Assembly: GCF_009914755.1 (NCBI RefSeq)
Contig: NC_060935.1
Length of the DNA stretch: 64,000 nucleotides
From: the human T2T-CHM13v2.0 reference genome, Homo sapiens
Strand: one strand, 5' to 3'
How positions within the stretch are numbered: the first letter of the stretch is position 1; each line of letters opens with the position of its first letter. A program made the position numbers and the translations under genes. Of the stretch, positions 16,721-40,947 are shown piece by piece. Under the pieces are notes generated by a model, which ran no database searches, was not told the origin of the DNA, and was given only the letters and a program-made list of their open reading frames with translations.

Positions 16721-17969
16721 ATAATGGCCATATTTAAAGATATATTTTTTCCTCAGTCTCTGACTCTTCCTTGCTTAATCATCCTATTCTTTAATATACA
16801 AACCTATAACTTTGAGGAAAGAGAATCAGAGATTATTTCTCCCTACTTACCCATTTCATGGTGCGACAATGAGCACTCTTCTCCAAGCCAAGCATTTGAT
16901 AAGCATTCATTGCTATGGGTATTTTACTGCCTTAAAGAAATCCACCCCAATTCCCTGCCGATTGATTTCTTAAGATCACAGAAGAAAGTGGAATGAATCC
17001 TAGAGAGGCCTTCAAGCTCCCTGACACCCATGGGGCCCACTCATCTCCACCCCCAATACTCCAATTTCAAAATCTAACACATTGTCCTTTTCTTAGTTCC
17101 TCAGTTCCCCGCCCTTCAGCTTCTCTTTGTTAGCCACTGGGTGGGTGTAACCAAACCTCAGTCACACTGTGGCCCCAGCAGCTGGGCTTCTCTCTCCCCC
17201 ATTACATTGCAGACATTCTTTTCACATCATTTTGTCCTCTCTGCTGCATTCCCTACATTTGGCTTCATTCCCTCTGTGCAAACTTCTGTTTCAAGGGACA
17301 GCAGTTTGCCAAGGAGATGCTGGCAGAGAGGGTCCAGTTCTTTCCTTTCTATCTGAAGAGCCCAGTGTCATTCATTAGCATATGAGAAGAATGGTTGTAA
17401 ATAAACATCAAATGAGGTTAACGAGCTGCAGCTCATCAATATTAATGAAGTCCACCTCACAGCCTTGGTATGAGGTACCAATGGCTCTAATCACAAGAAG
17501 CAGTTTCATAAGGCCCCAGTTACAGGGCAGGAAGGGTTAGATCCAGCGTGTTGAAATGTTTGTCATTTTATGACCCCAGGAATGCTGCAGGGTAAGGCAG
17601 TCTGATACCAGATCTGTGCTTGCAAACCCCTCTTGTGTTCAGTTTACATCTGTTTGTCTCAACAGGTGGAAGCCTAGGAAAAGGCTATATCTGCTAAGCC
17701 AGAATCTGGGGTGGGAATTCTCCAGGTCAACCTGCAGTTCCCAAATCAAAATGAAGTTCCAGAGTACCAGGGTTTGATCTCTCATTGCCCTTCCATCAGT
17801 TACCCCAGATAACCCAAACACTTGTTTCCAGTGTAGTGAAGGATGGTTTGAGGATCTAAGCCCAGCTTGGTAAGGAATGAAGAAACTCCCATTTCATGTA
17901 GCTCATGTGCCTGCCAGCCACCAGTTAAGTCCCTGTGCCTATTATTTAGAGGATTCAAAGAGTAACAAG

Positions 17970-18268
17970 GGCCAGGCATGGTGGCTCATGCCTGTAATCC
18001 CTACACTTTGGGAAGCAGATGTGAGGGGATCACTTAAAGTGAGGGGTTCCAGACTAGCCTGGGCAATATAGGGAGACCTCTCTCAAAAACAATAAATAAA
18101 TAAAAATTTTAAAAGTAGTTGGGCGTGGTAGCCTGTATTCCCAGCTACTCAGGAGGCTGAGGTGGGAGGATCACGTGAGCCTAGGAGTTTGAGGCCACGG
18201 TGAGCCATGATCATACAACTGTACTCCAGCATGGGCAACAGACAGAGACTCTGTCTCTGAAAAAAAAA
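17970..18268 (+). mobile_element. AluJ
   Basis: Diverged Alu body. Confidence 0.88.
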
Positions 18269-18294
18269 TTTTTTTTTAATTAAAAGAAACAGTA

Positions 18295-18520
18295 AGTACA
18301 GCTATCATTTATTGAACACTTACTGTGTCCTAGGCATGGTACTAAACATTTTTGTTATATAATCCTCACAATAATCCCATGAAGGTATTCCCATTTTACA
18401 GATGAGGAAGTTGAAACTCACTGATTTGATGTCATGGGTCTAAGATCACACATCAGCAAGTGGCAGAAGAGGAGCTCAGATTTCGATCTGTCTAACTGCA
18501 GAGCCCATGCTCTTACTTCC
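18295..18520. mobile_element. MIR (representative; other MIR pieces near 140-310, 1130-1190, 3510-4350, 24605-24680, 25561-25606, 32681-32830, 33120-33600, 39890-40640, 45190-46960, 48000-48200, 52510-52625, 56500-56950, 61470-61660)
   Basis: MIR core cccattttacagatgaggaa... Confidence 0.8.
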
Positions 18521-19160
18521 TACCCTCTGTGGTATCATCTCAGAGCCAAGCACATAAAATGCAAGCTTTTGTGCTGCTCCTTTTCGTCAAAGATGTGTGT
18601 CCTCCAGTTTCAAGGGACTAAACACAAAGTAGTTCCCTGGAAGTAGAATCAGAAGGCTTTAGAATTAATTTTTTTAAGTCAAAGTGCCTCTTTGAAATTA
18701 TTTTTAGAAAGGAAACTTTCATTAAATATGTTTTCCTTGATATATAAATTTGGGGTCAGAGGGATTAGGCTTTGAGAATATGTGTGTGTATGCATGACCC
18801 AGTCTGTGTTGATAGCCATGATACTGATTTATCCACCTTGTCACACTAGTTCCTTTTATGATTAAGCACACACCTTGCATGAGGTCAGTGACCATGGAAC
18901 ACAGGGAAACCGCTCCCATGGCTGATTTGAGCCTATGATCTTAGCCTCAATTACATTGTTTCAACAACTGAACGCCTGGTTTATTACTTAAAGTACTATC
19001 ATTGTACTTTGTCTTAGGGGTGGGAAGGAGAACCGATCAAATTGTTGTTATCACAAAAGCTACACCTGATTGTTTGTAAAGAAGGACTTCTAGTGAAAGG
19101 ATGAAAGTGAAACAGCTATTTCTCTTTCTTCTATTTTTCTCCTTGAAAATTCAGGGACCT

Positions 19161-19468
<308 letters not shown>

Positions 19469-21417
19469 TTACCTAGGCAAAATGCCCAGGAATGTTTCCA
19501 CAGAATGGTACCCAAAGCCCACCCATGCAGGAGCCCTTCCTGCCACCAAGGTAACCAAGACTAGGAAGCAATTGAAACTGGGCCTTCCTTTCCCAGGCCT
19601 GTGGCTGTCAACTTGGCTCAGAAAGAGGCAGACTGATGACTTTGTCTCCTTACCCACTCACACTACCACACAGTTCTCATTTGAGCCTGGTCACATGGCT
19701 GTGCCTTCTTATGGCCAAACAAGGATACGCTGTTTCCCGTTCTTTGCACCCTGGGTTTGGCCTGAGCATCCTTAGATGAAACCATCAGGACCCCCAAACC
19801 TTGAAGCTTTTCCAGGGGCAAATTGCATGCAGGGGAAGGAGGGGCTGAGCTGTGTAGTGGAGCAGCGGATGGTGTGCAGTCGGGATGTTTGCAAGAGCCA
19901 AGGGGTTAGTTCATTGCTGCTTTGTATACTCAGGCACACCAGAAAACTCAGATTAATAGGCTGTTTATTCTTCAGCATGTTCCTTGAATCAAAGGCTCTG
20001 GATGGTATTATTAAAGAGTGTTTGTGAGAGCGCCCTGGAACACTCCTCCTGGGCTCCGCTCACTGAAGAGGAACGATTGAGTCCTTTCATTTCCTGGGCA
20101 GCATCCCTCTCACTCATTGCTCACTGTAGTATAAAGGTCTGTAGAACCTTTGTTAGAAACAGGATCTTTTGTTCTGTCCTTATGAGGTCCCATTACCTAC
20201 AGCACCTTGATCTGTTGGAGTCTAATTATTTAATGTTCTTGTCTTTTGAGCTACCTGAACCTAATGAATGCAGTCCACTCTATCTCAGGGAGTTGTTTTG
20301 CTTTGGTTTTTTGCCTCTATTTGGCACCAGTTTCCTGTTTGGACAGTATTGCCTTTTATTTTCATGGTTTTTTTTCAAGGAGTTTGTCCAGGAGAGAAGG
20401 AGACATCCACCTGAAACCTACTCTGTGAAGCAAATGAATATGTTTTTTCTATTAGAAGATTCTCCTAAAATGTTCTGAAGTTTGTTCATATCTGGGAATT
20501 GAAGCACATTGAATTAAGAAAGAATTACTTCCTCCACCTCCACCCCTGCAATAGAGATTTATACTGGACAAGGTGGCAAAAAAAAATTAGGGGGAAACTG
20601 CTTGGTACAATTCCCCCCCCAGTTCCCTTGGGGCAGCAGCGTGCTGCACATGAGGAATCACTGTACCTTGTTCCCCTGGCAGTGATACTTCTCTGTGGCC
20701 AGGCAAATACAGTAGTCCAGGCCTTCCACAACTTCTGCATGTGCGCATGTGCGCACACACACACAGACGCTCAAAACCATACCCCTCCTGGGCATCCCCT
20801 TAATAGAGGCATCCAGTATATTGCAAAGGTACTCATCACTATACACAGTGCAAATACTCAGCACTCGTTTATAGCAAACCCAGTATGAATAATTAGCAAT
20901 AGTTTGGGATCTGGCACAACCCTTAATTACCACAACTAGAGGCCAGAAAATGAAATCAGGGTCATATATCTGAGGTTAGAACTCTAGAATCTGTCTGGCA
21001 TCCTATAGCCCAAAGCACCACAGGGAGGTACACCTTGGAGCAATGGGAGCACTGTCATCCCGGAGACACTGTCCCCTCACTTTCCTCCAAAACCAGCACA
21101 GCTGTTTGCACGAGGGCTATCTGCCGTATATACAGTGAGACTAAGATATATATACACACCCTGGCGCTTCGCCTGATTTCTTCTGTGAAGTCCATCTGTT
21201 TATCCAGTTCCAGATCCCAAAAGGCAGTCACCAAAAACTAAATAGTGAGAAGGGACAGGCTTTTTTTTTTCTTTTTTGATAAACATGTTACAGTGAACAA
21301 AACAGATTTTGCAAACACATTCCATCTAGTAAATCTTACCTCACAGCTGTGTGAGAAGAGCTTGGAGGAGAGAAGGATGGGGAGCAGGAGGGTCTCAGGA
21401 CTTGATTGGAGAATTAG

Positions 21418-21765
<348 letters not shown>

Positions 21766-23584
21766 TATCTACTTCTTATAGGGTGATAATTGGCCTTTTC
21801 CCTTCATTCTAGCCCCTCATCCTAAACCTGGAATCTGTGATGGGCTCACCAAAAATGAAGATCTGGCTGCAGACTTTGGCTTCTTTCACTGAAAAGCTGA
21901 TCTAGCCAGACTTTATCTTCAAAAGACAGGCCCTGCACTTCTGATGTTCCCTGAGCCTCTCCCACTGAGCCTACTCTCGTCCACTATAGCCATGATGCTC
22001 TCTGGATTCAGACAATGGTGTGTTGTCCCAGAACACTGTATCTGGCCTGTCTGTGCTTCACATCTACCCCTTTGGCTAGGAAAATGAGGGACAGAGCTCA
22101 CATCAGTAACTTGGATTCTGAGGACCGAGGACAAGCAGAAGAAATTGACCTTTTGCCTCAGAGGTGGCTGGATGTTTGTGTGTCTCTCTTCGATGTCAAA
22201 TTGGCTCACTGAACCACTCAAGAGTTGTTTTTTAAAAATGTTCTGCTCACTCCTCATTTGCGGGTCAGATGCTTTGGATAATCCAGTGGAATTCTCTCTG
22301 CTTCACTGCTGGTTGCTGCCAGACACAGAGTGCTAAATCCTGTCAGTCGGTGACTTGAAATGATGATGTGTGAAACAGTGCTGCGATTTGGACATCCTGC
22401 ACTCATTTGCATGGACTCCTTTGCCAGTTAACCACAGTAGTGAAATGGGGCAGCCTGGGGCAGCTTCCACAGCCCTTGCCTTATCTTTCCTCAGTGTCCC
22501 CACCCTCCCCCATGGCAGTATGTAGCTCCAGTAATTGGTAAGGCTTGGAATTCTGTTTCATTTAATATTATTCCCTTCCTAGGCATCATAGAGCAATTTC
22601 TTTAACATGCTAGATTGCAACATGCCAGAGACAGAGAAATAGCATTTGTGTGCAGAATGGAGAGGCGGGAAGCAAAACACTCTTGTTGCTGATTCCCATC
22701 TCCCGGTCTTTGCCCTTCCTTCTTTCCCTAGATTGCATGGCTGGCTGATTCTCATCTGGTGAGTTCTCAGCTCAAATGGTACGTTCTCAAAGATGAGCCT
22801 GGCACAGCCATCTCATGTGGTCCCACCCTCAGTCACTGTGTATCACACCACCCTGCCTGATTTATGTCATTGCTCTCCTCACTTCCTAAAAGTATTTCTT
22901 TCTTTGTTACTTTTTATTCTCTGTCTCCCCAACCACTGCCTCCACACATACACACTAGAATGTAAGTACCATGAAAATAGGGATTTTTATCTGTCTTATC
23001 CCTTGCTGTTTCCCCAGAATCTAGCACAGTCCCTGGCATACCTTTGACACTTAGTATATTGACTAAATAAGTAGCTAAGAATGTAGCAGTTAAGAACTTC
23101 TAAAGCAAATATCCATGGTTACTATCAGGAAATAGTAAAGGCAGACAGACAGAGAGTTTGAGGAATGGAATGAGAAGACATGATTTCTTATACTGATTTT
23201 AATAATGGTCTTAATTACAAATTGAATACGTTAAGTCAAAGATCACAATATCGAGTCGCTCTTCATTTCTTCTGACTCAGACTAAACTGCCCCTTATTGA
23301 GTAGGTTAGGTCAGGGTCATAGAGACCAAGTACTACAAACTTCCTGGCCAAACTGGCATAATTGATGCCACAAAGTATGCCCACTTCCAGATTTCCACTG
23401 GGTGGTGCCTGGCTTTGCTTTCCTTAGGGCAGTTGCCAGAAGAAACTGGCACAATTTAAAGCAGTTTAAAGCCCAGCCTGGGTATCTTCATCTAGCCTTT
23501 ATTATATTCTTGCCTGCCTCCAGTTCCCAAAAAGACTGCATTCCTGTCTGCAACTCCAGGGCCCTGAAGCCCCTTCAGTCATGA

Positions 23585-23915
<331 letters not shown>

Positions 23916-24689
23916 GAGAACACATCTTTAGTCCAGCAGATACATGGCACTCATCTCCTCAAGAGTCCTTCACCCAAACGAGAATTATTAGCTTCTCAGA
24001 AGTTATCCTTTGTCTTGTTGGGGCAAGATCTGTGCCTAGTGTCAAGAGAGAGATGTTAAAGATTAAAGAGCCTCCACCAGGAAAGGGAATGGTTTTGCCT
24101 GAATCTCTTAATTTGTTTTTCCCCGCTACGAGTGCATTCATGTTGCTGGGCTCCCTGGCTTACTCCCCGGTGGTTTGTAGTCATTTTCATCATGACTTTG
24201 CGGTTGCATTGATATCAGAATGAGTTTCGACTGCTGTACGTGATGCTTCCATGCTCCATTGCTTTCTCTCTTATGTTGCTAACGACTCTCCTGTTGGTTT
24301 CAGCCCTTAGCCAAGCCCACCCCACTCCACACCCCACTCCTTCCCTGTCTTTTATTGATGCTATGTTGACTTTGCATGCCTCAGTTAGTTCAGTTTTCTG
24401 AGCACCTGCAGAGAATTAACCATCTCTGCTTGCTGCTGCGGATCACCTAGGCCTTTGATCTGTTTGATTTCTGTACTTCTAAAAATGTTGAAGGACTCTC
24501 TAACCCCACCAAAGTACATAAATGGTGCTACAGTTCCTGTAGCCTGACCTCCTCCAGACTAGCTCTGCTTAGGGAACAGAAGATCTTCATGTAAATACAG
24601 ATGTAGATACCATTTATTAAATGTTTTCTATGTACGATTTTACTGTTCTAAGCACTTAATGTGAATATTTCATTTAATCTTTGCTTATA

Positions 24690-25555
<866 letters not shown>

Positions 25556-25828
25556 ACTTTGTCCCCTAAAAACCCATGCTGTAGGTTCTTCTGTTATCCC
25601 CATTTTGTTTATTTATTTATTTTTATTATATTTTAAGTTCTAGGGTACATGTGCACAATCTGCAGGTTTGGTACATAGGTGTACATGTGCCATGTTGGTT
25701 TGCTGCACCCGTCAACTCATCATTTACATTAGGCAAATCTCCTAATACTATCTCTCCCCACTCCCCCAACCCCACGACAGGACCCGGTGTGTGATGTTCC
25801 CCGCCCTGTGTCCAAGTGATCTCATTGT

Positions 25829-29947
<4,119 letters not shown>

Positions 29948-30010
29948 TAAGATGTTCGCTGGTTATTTTGCCTGTTAATTGATGCAGTTTCTTCAAAGCA
30001 TCGATGGTCT

Positions 30011-31348
<1,338 letters not shown>

Positions 31349-32255
31349 CTTTGTGGTTTTATCTACCTTTGGTCTTTGATGTTCATGACCTACAGATGGG
31401 GTTTTGGTGTAGATGACCTTTTGGTTGATGTTGATGCTATTCCTTTCTGTTTGTTAGTTTTCCTTCTAACAGTCAGGTCCCTCAGCTGCAGGTCTGTTGG
31501 AGTTTGCTGGAGTTCCACTACAGACCCTGTTTGCCTGGGTATCACCAGCGGAGGCTGCAGAACAGCAAATATTGCTGCCTGATCCTTCCTCTGGAAGCTT
31601 CGTCCCAGAGGGCAGCCACCTATATATGAGGTGTCTGTCGGCCCCTACTGGGAGGTGTCTCCCAATTAGGCTTCATGGGAGTCAGGGATCCACTTGAGGA
31701 GGCAGTCTGTCCTTTCTCAGAGCTCAAACGCTGTGCTGGGAGAACCACTGCTCTCCTCAGAGCTGTCAGACAGGGACGTTTAAGTCTGCAGAAGTTGTCT
31801 GCTGCCTTTTGTTCAGCTATGCCCTGCCCACAGAGGTGGAGTTAGAGGCAGTAGGCCTTGTAGAGCTGCGGTGGGCTCCGCCCAGTTTGAGCTTCCCAGC
31901 CGCTCTGTTTACCTACTCAAGCCTCACCAAAGGCAGATGCCCCTCCCCCAGCCAGGCTGCCGCCTCGCAGATCAATCTCAGACTGCTGCGCTAGCAGTGA
32001 GCAAGGTTCTGTGGGCGTGGGACCTGCCAAGCTTGGCACAGGAGAGAATCACCTTGTCTGCCAGTTGCTAAGACCTTGGGAAAAGCACAGTATTTGGGCG
32101 GAGAGTGTCCCGTTTTTCCAGGTAGTCTGTCACGGCTCCCCTTGGCTAGGAAAGGGAACTCCCCGACCCCTTGTGCTTCCTGGGTGAGGCGACGCCCCAC
32201 CCTGCTTCAGCTCGCCCTCCATGGGCTGCACCCACTGTCCAATGAGTCCCAGTGA

Positions 32256-32723
<468 letters not shown>

Positions 32724-34572
32724 TAAGTAACTAACTTGCCCCAGATCATTTGTCTAGTAACCAGTGGAGCTGAGCTATGAACCCAGAACCCAGGATTGAC
32801 TAACTCCAAAAAATGTGCTTTCAACCATGAGGACAATCCTAAGAGTCACCTGAGCTATTTAATTAAATGTGGATTCTCACTCTCTTGAGCCCAGGGATTC
32901 TGATTTTGCTTCTGTGGGTTTAGGGTACAGGTGATTCATGATCATATGTTGAGATGCATTGAGATATACTACATTGCTTTTAGGGTTTCACATCTGTATA
33001 GGGAGGCATAGGGATAAAATTCATTGAACGTTTTTTTAACTGTGTACTGTGTGCCAGTCCCCTTGATATGTATAAGCAAGTGAGATGGAGTCCCTACCCT
33101 CAAGACTTGGTCTAATGGGACCTTGGAACCCTGCCTTGACTCTGTCAGACTACCTCACTTGAGCAAGCCACTTACTCTTTAAGCCTTAGTTTCTCTATCT
33201 GTAAAATGGAGATAGTCAATTACTTACTTCAGAGCAAAAGGCCTGATCTATGATCCTGTGATTCCCAAGGCTCTTTTAAGTTGTGAAGTCACAGGGTGGA
33301 CTAACTTCCAATGCTGAGAACAATGATGGGGTGGTGATGGGTCAGATAGACAAATAAATCAATAATTCAACCACCAATAAATAGTGGAATATGTAAAAGC
33401 ATGCGCTTTGGAATCTGGCAGATCCATGATTCAAAGCTCGAATGTGCTTGCCTCTTGCTAGTTACGTAACTGGGCAAATTACTTCACTGCCCTGTGTCTG
33501 CAAGTAAAATGAGGACAGTACTTACCCTATAGGACTGCTGCGAGACATTCAATGAGAGTAATGATGCACAGCACTCAGTACAGCAGCTTAAAAACAGGTA
33601 ACACCATGAAGCACTACAGAAGCAGTGATCAATAAATGGTTTAGAGACAGTAAACATCCAAAGACGCAGAAGAGTTTTACAGTTTTACAGCCTACTATTT
33701 TATAGTTTAAATTTGGTTACATTTTTTGTTGTTTTTAATATAACTTACATGGAAATCTTTTTAAAATGTATATGATACGTATACAGTGGCCTTCCCTGCC
33801 ATCTTATGTAATTTAACTCCTCTAGGCATCTAAGCATCATCTTTGTCATCATAAATTATTTTACTCTGCTGGAAAAGATCATTGCCTTCAGGACCCACTG
33901 AAATGTACCCTAAATGTATCCAGATTATATTTAAAATATATTTTTCTGCCTCTCTGTTAGGTCATGTAGTTAATGCCTAATTATAGTTCTTTTTCCTCTC
34001 CTTGTTTACCCTGTCTAATCTGTATTGGGCTTAGAAACTAGTGGCCAAGCTTGTTAAAACTGCGAGTATAATCAGAGTATGTCTTGGAACCCTGTAAGTT
34101 AGCCACACGAGCTTTTGTATGTGGACTTCATGAAATCTTCTTGCCTACTTGGAGACTTATTGACATTTAGATATTTGGCATTGCCTATTAGTTAAGTTTT
34201 AAATTGACTAGATATTACTGTGTAAGGTACAGATACCTGAAAAAAAATTCCATTATTCTCAGCTTTGGAAGTTGATCCAATCTATGACTTCACAACTTAA
34301 AAGAGCCTTGGGAATCATGGGCTCATAGGTCTGGCCTTTTACTCTCAAGTAAATAGCAATTGATTATTATCTCTTTTTTACAGACAAAGAAATTGATCCC
34401 TAAGTGTAAGTAGCTTGTTCAAGTGAGGTAGTCTGGCAAAGTCAAGGCAGAGTTTCAAGTCTCCCAAGCCTGCCCTTCCGCTCTGCCACACTGTTCCCAG
34501 GAGGAAACAATCATCTTAGGCTGTAGAAAGGAAGGAAAACTATCAATAAATATGGTTAAAGATTAGAAAAAT

Positions 34573-34840
34573 GGCCCAGCACGATGGCTAATGCCTATAA
34601 TCCCAACACTTTGGGAGGATTGCATGAGCCCAGGAGTTTGAAACCAGCCTGGGCAACATAGTAAACACAGTGACATCCCTACAAAAAAAAAATTGCTGAG
34701 CATAGTGATATGTGCTTGTACTCTCAGCTACTCTGGAGACTGAAGCAGAAGGATCACTTCAGCCCAGGAATTCGAGGGTGCAATAAGCTATGATCACACC
34801 ACTGTACTCTAGCCTGACAACAGAGCAAGACCCTGTCTCA

Positions 34841-34858
<18 letters not shown>
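34573..34858 (+). mobile_element. AluJ followed by (TA)n to about 34885
   Basis: TSD ATTAGAAAAAT. Confidence 0.88.
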
Positions 34859-34892
<34 letters not shown>

Positions 34893-35327
34893 ATGAGATC
34901 TATGGAGGATATTGTAACTATTCAGTTCTATGCCCTTATTTTGATAGATGTTTTTCCTGTCACTCCTGCCCTCATTTGAAGGGGTTTATAACCTTAGTAT
35001 GCCATCAGTGAGCCTGAACATCTCTATAAGGGAGGACCAAGGGGCATTATAATAAGATCCAAAAACATAGAATTATAAAAGATGATGATCTTTTCATCAT
35101 GGATGAAACAAGGTGTAGGGAAGGAACTAAATGGCATTCAGGTGACTTAGAGGGGGAAGAAAGAGCCACTGAGAACGAGGGACATGGAAACAGGTTTCTG
35201 AAGGAAGATACATACTTGACCATCTCTGTGGATGGTTTCCTGCCTGCCGGCCTGCCATCCTTCCTTCCACAGCTTTGTTAAGATACAATTTATATACCAT
35301 AAATCAAAATGGCTTTTTAAAAAATAA

Positions 35328-35711
<384 letters not shown>

Positions 35712-36484
35712 TAACTACTATTTTTAACTCTGTTGATGTATCCCATTCTTTTCCCTCTGCAAATTTTTATTCTTTTTTTTGTTGTTATTTTAAAGCAAAC
35801 ATGGAACCATACTCTATATGACAATTTTTATTTTGCTCTTTCCTCTTAATATCATGAGGTCATGTACTTTGTTTTCATCTTAAACTCATTTCATCAGATG
35901 AATTAAATCTTTATTGTAAAAGCTTCCAAAGAGAAATTCCTCATCTGGGGTTGAAAATTCAGATGCCAACACTGGCCAGGCAGGTCATATAAGAAGCATA
36001 CGTGTTATTCGGTGGTAAACTGGCAACAGCATCCTCTTCCCCAGCTCCAGCTGATTGTGGTCATGCAGGAATGCTGGCCCATCATTACCAGGTCTTCTGA
36101 TTTTTTTCTAAAAAAGAGAGCTATCTGAAATCTAGATTGTGTTGTGGGAAATATCTTAATGTTTTGCCTCAAAATTTAAAAAGTACACTTCAAGCCAAAC
36201 AAAACCTGGCTGCCAGCTATATTCTCTGTCCCAGACAGTGAGTGCTAAGAGTTTCACAAGCATTATCTCATGTATTCTTCACAGCAGTCTTGCTCCTCTA
36301 ATGGTTATTTATTAGGAACCAACAATGAATAAAAAATCAAAATCCTTGCTCTCTTGGAGCTTCTGTTGGGGAGACAGTTACTGCTCTGGAGAAAAAATAA
36401 AGCAGGAAAACAAGATGGGGGTAGAGGGAGAGTTCACAGCATTCCCACTCTGCTAGCAAGTTATGTGCTAGATGGTCAGATTAT

Positions 36485-36735
36485 GACTGGGCACCGTGGC
36501 TCACGCCCGTAATCCCAACACTTTGAGAGGCCGAGGTGGGTGGATCACCTGAGGTCAGGAATTCAAGACCAGCCTGGCCAATGTGGTGAAATCCCACCTC
36601 TACTAAAAATACAAAAATTAGCCAGTGTGGTGGCTTGAACCCGGGAGGCGGACGTTGCAGTGAGCCGAGATCATGCCATTGCACTTCAGCCTGGGTGACA
36701 AGAGTGAGACTCTGTCTCAAAAAACAAACAAACAA
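36485..36735 (+). mobile_element. AluS with an internal deletion of about 50 bp in the right arm
   Basis: ...gtgtggtggc|ttgaacccgg junction. Confidence 0.88.
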
Positions 36736-36866
36736 ATTATGCGCTACCCAGTCTTTGTGCTACTTCCTCAACCACAGAGAATGACAATGAAAGAATCCTA
36801 GAATGTTAAACCCAAAAGCAACCGTCACAATTATTGAGATTAAAAGGTTTGTACATTTTCAAATAG

Positions 36867-37253
<387 letters not shown>

Positions 37254-38507
37254 TAATTTTAAAAATAGGTTATACATGAAAATGACAAAATTCAAAAGGG
37301 TATACAATCTTATATACTTTAAAATATACTTTACTTAGTCTATCCTATATACTTTAAAATGTATTTTACTTAGTCTAATCAGCCGTGATCATTTATTTAT
37401 ACGTGAGGCATGACAGGAAGAAATTGAGGCACAGAGTTGGTATCCAATGGAAGGCCACCCATTGATGGAGAAACCAAACCCCAGTGAGTAAAACCAGACT
37501 TTGTCTTTCAGAATTCTTGTGCATAAATGAAGTTGGGTAGATTCATCCTGATGCCACTGGATATTTTTCATTTTTTTTCTTTACTTTTTGTATGCCTGCC
37601 AGTCTCAGTGAAAGATAAGGATCAGGGTTCAGAAAGCCTAACTATTGTGTCGTTTCCCAGGATGGAGAGCACTATCATTTGGTTCACATTTTTATTAAAA
37701 TAAGATGAGTGATTCACTCACATTACAGGCAAAGGATCCTTTACCAGGAAACCATACTTTGAAAAACAAAGCTGATGGCTTTAAGGAACAGTAACTACTA
37801 ACATCAATTTCCTTTCCCATCAAGTCCCAAAAGAGTCAGACACTCTTCTTTCTCTAGCTGCCTCATTCTCTTCCCGATACATATCCATATAATTATAGAT
37901 AGGGTACATTACATATACCCATAAAAGACAAAACAGCAGGAAAGACAAAGGTAGATTCATCTGAAGAGATGTGTGTGTTTATCTATATCCAGTCTTCTTT
38001 CTGGTTCTTGCTGTTTCTGTTCCTTACGTCTGTTTTTTTAGTTGATAGGTAGCCGTAAATCCATCATCATTGGTGGAAGCTAGTGGATTCTGACGAGAAA
38101 ACAGGCTGTGGTCTTCATAAGCACGCCTACATGCTGGCCACCACCCTCCCCTGCTCGCACACCCATCAAGAACTGGAGAACTTAGATTGTTGCTTTTTTA
38201 TTTTTAGTCTGTCTTGGTTCCACTCACCCTCAGTGAGTAACCCCGTTAGCCACTGCTTCTGTTTATATTTATTTAGAAAAGAAGGAAAATGCATTTTAAG
38301 AAAATCAAATGCATAATCTGTTCCACTTCTTATTTATTCTGTGGCTGCTTTGGACAGTGGAAAGCTCAGAGGAAGTATAATAACTTTTATTCATTTTTGT
38401 TTTCTGTGGCTTGCTCTCTTAAGTTCTCATCAGACAGCTTTGCTAATAACATAAAATTTCATCCTAATGATAAGCCTGATTTTAAATTGCAAAGAAAAAG
38501 GTAGTGG

Positions 38508-38861
<354 letters not shown>

Positions 38862-39113
38862 CTAGTCCTGTTAAAATTGCAGATACAGGCTTATAATGGC
38901 TTTAACTGTTTATTACTTTTGTTGTCTCTTCTCTATTTTCTTATAGGCATCAGTAGCAAGTCACTTAAAATAGAAAGGGCCTGTCAGTTTGAGGGGAAGC
39001 AAGTTACAAGCCAGACAGACTACATCTGACCCTGGAGCCACCCTAGGACAAAAAGTGATAGAAAGAGATGGAATAGCTAGTGGGAGATTTAAATGTTCAC
39101 AGTAATAGTCACT

Positions 39114-39717
39114 GGCCAGGTGCGGTAGCTCACACCTATAATCCCAATACTTCGGGAGGCCAAGGCAGAAGGATCATTTGAGGCCAGGATTTCCAGAGCA
39201 ACCTGGGCAACATATCAAGACTCTGTCTCTAGAAAAAATAAAAATGAAAAAATTAGCCAGGCATGATGGTGCATGCCTGTAGTCTAACTACTTCCCGCCT
39301 AGGCTAAGGCAGGAAGAGCTCTTGAACCCAAGGAATTCCAGGCTGCAGCGAGCTATGATCATACCACTGCACTCCAGCCTGGGTAACAGAGCGAGACCCT
39401 ATCTCTAAAAAAATTAAAATAATGGCCAGCACGGTGGCTTATGCCTGTAATCCCAGCACTTTGGGAGACCGAGGCAGGTGGATTACTTGAGCTCAGGAGT
39501 TTGAGACCAGCCTGAGCAATATGGCGAAACCTTGTCTCTACAAAATATACAAAAATTAGCCAGGCGTGGTGGTGTGTGACTGTGGTCACAGCTATTTGGG
39601 GAGCTGAGGTGGGGGGGATTGCTTGAGCCCAGGAGGTGGAGGTTGCAGTGAGCCAACATGACGCCACCGCACTCCAGCCTGGGCAACAGAGCAAGATCCT
39701 ATCTCAAAAAAAAAAAA
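39114..39717 (+). mobile_element. Two tandem AluJ copies (39114-39420, 39424-39717)
   Basis: The second Alu sits in the A-rich tail of the first. Confidence 0.88.
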
Positions 39718-40626
39718 GAATAAAATTAAATAATAAACAAAATAATAATAGCCAGTTGCAGCTAACATTTACTGGGTTCTCACTGTGGGAATTCACTGTG
39801 CCAGGTGTTTTTCATCCATAGACGAAGGAAAAGCAGGTTGGGTTCCCAGAGACTTACAGCAAAAAGAAAAGGACATCATAGGGAGCCAGTCTGTGTAGCA
39901 GAGAAAGGCCAGCCTTTGAATGAGAAGGCTTGATCTGATCCAGGAACTACCACTTATGCGGCAATTTTGTCCCTTGCTTGAGCCTCATTTTCCATGTCTA
40001 TAAAAATGGGAATTAATACCATTTTCTTTTCCCTGCCCCACAAAATTCTTATGGGGATCAAAAGTGATAATGCATATGAAAATGGTTTGCATAATTCTAC
40101 ACTGTCTGCAAATATGAGCCATCAGCACTATTAAAAGTGAGGCAATAGAGGATTGGCAGTGCACTGACAGTCTGGGAAAGTGGCGCACCTGCCTTCAGGC
40201 AGGAACTCTGTTATTCATTCATCAATAAAGAACAAAGGCTTGACAAAATAATCATGAGATAAGAAATAAGATCGTTTCAGCCACCCACTGGCTGGAGCTG
40301 AAGGAGAACTGTGATAAATTGTGCCTTTTGTTATGCAGGTGCCATCCCACCTGTGTCTGTGTGCCTTAAATGAAGGAAAGTAATAAAAGTAATAACAAGA
40401 GCAGGTACTGTTGATTGGATGCTTATCTATGCCATGTACCAGCACCTTAATTTACCATCTCTTCCTTTAAAAAAAAAAAGATTTTTTAATCCTCTCAAAA
40501 ATTCATGATTAGCATTATCATTATTCATACCATTATTACTATTATTCACTGTCATTTTCAATTGGCTCGCCTAATGTCACATGGCTAGTTAGCAGAAGAA
40601 CCAGGATTTGGACCCAGATCGGCTGA

Positions 40627-40947
<321 letters not shown>

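Noticed and set aside
22358-22450. C-box-like ATGATGA suggesting an intronic C/D snoRNA (similar at about 56197)
   Set aside because: No CTGA D box at a suitable distance and no terminal stem
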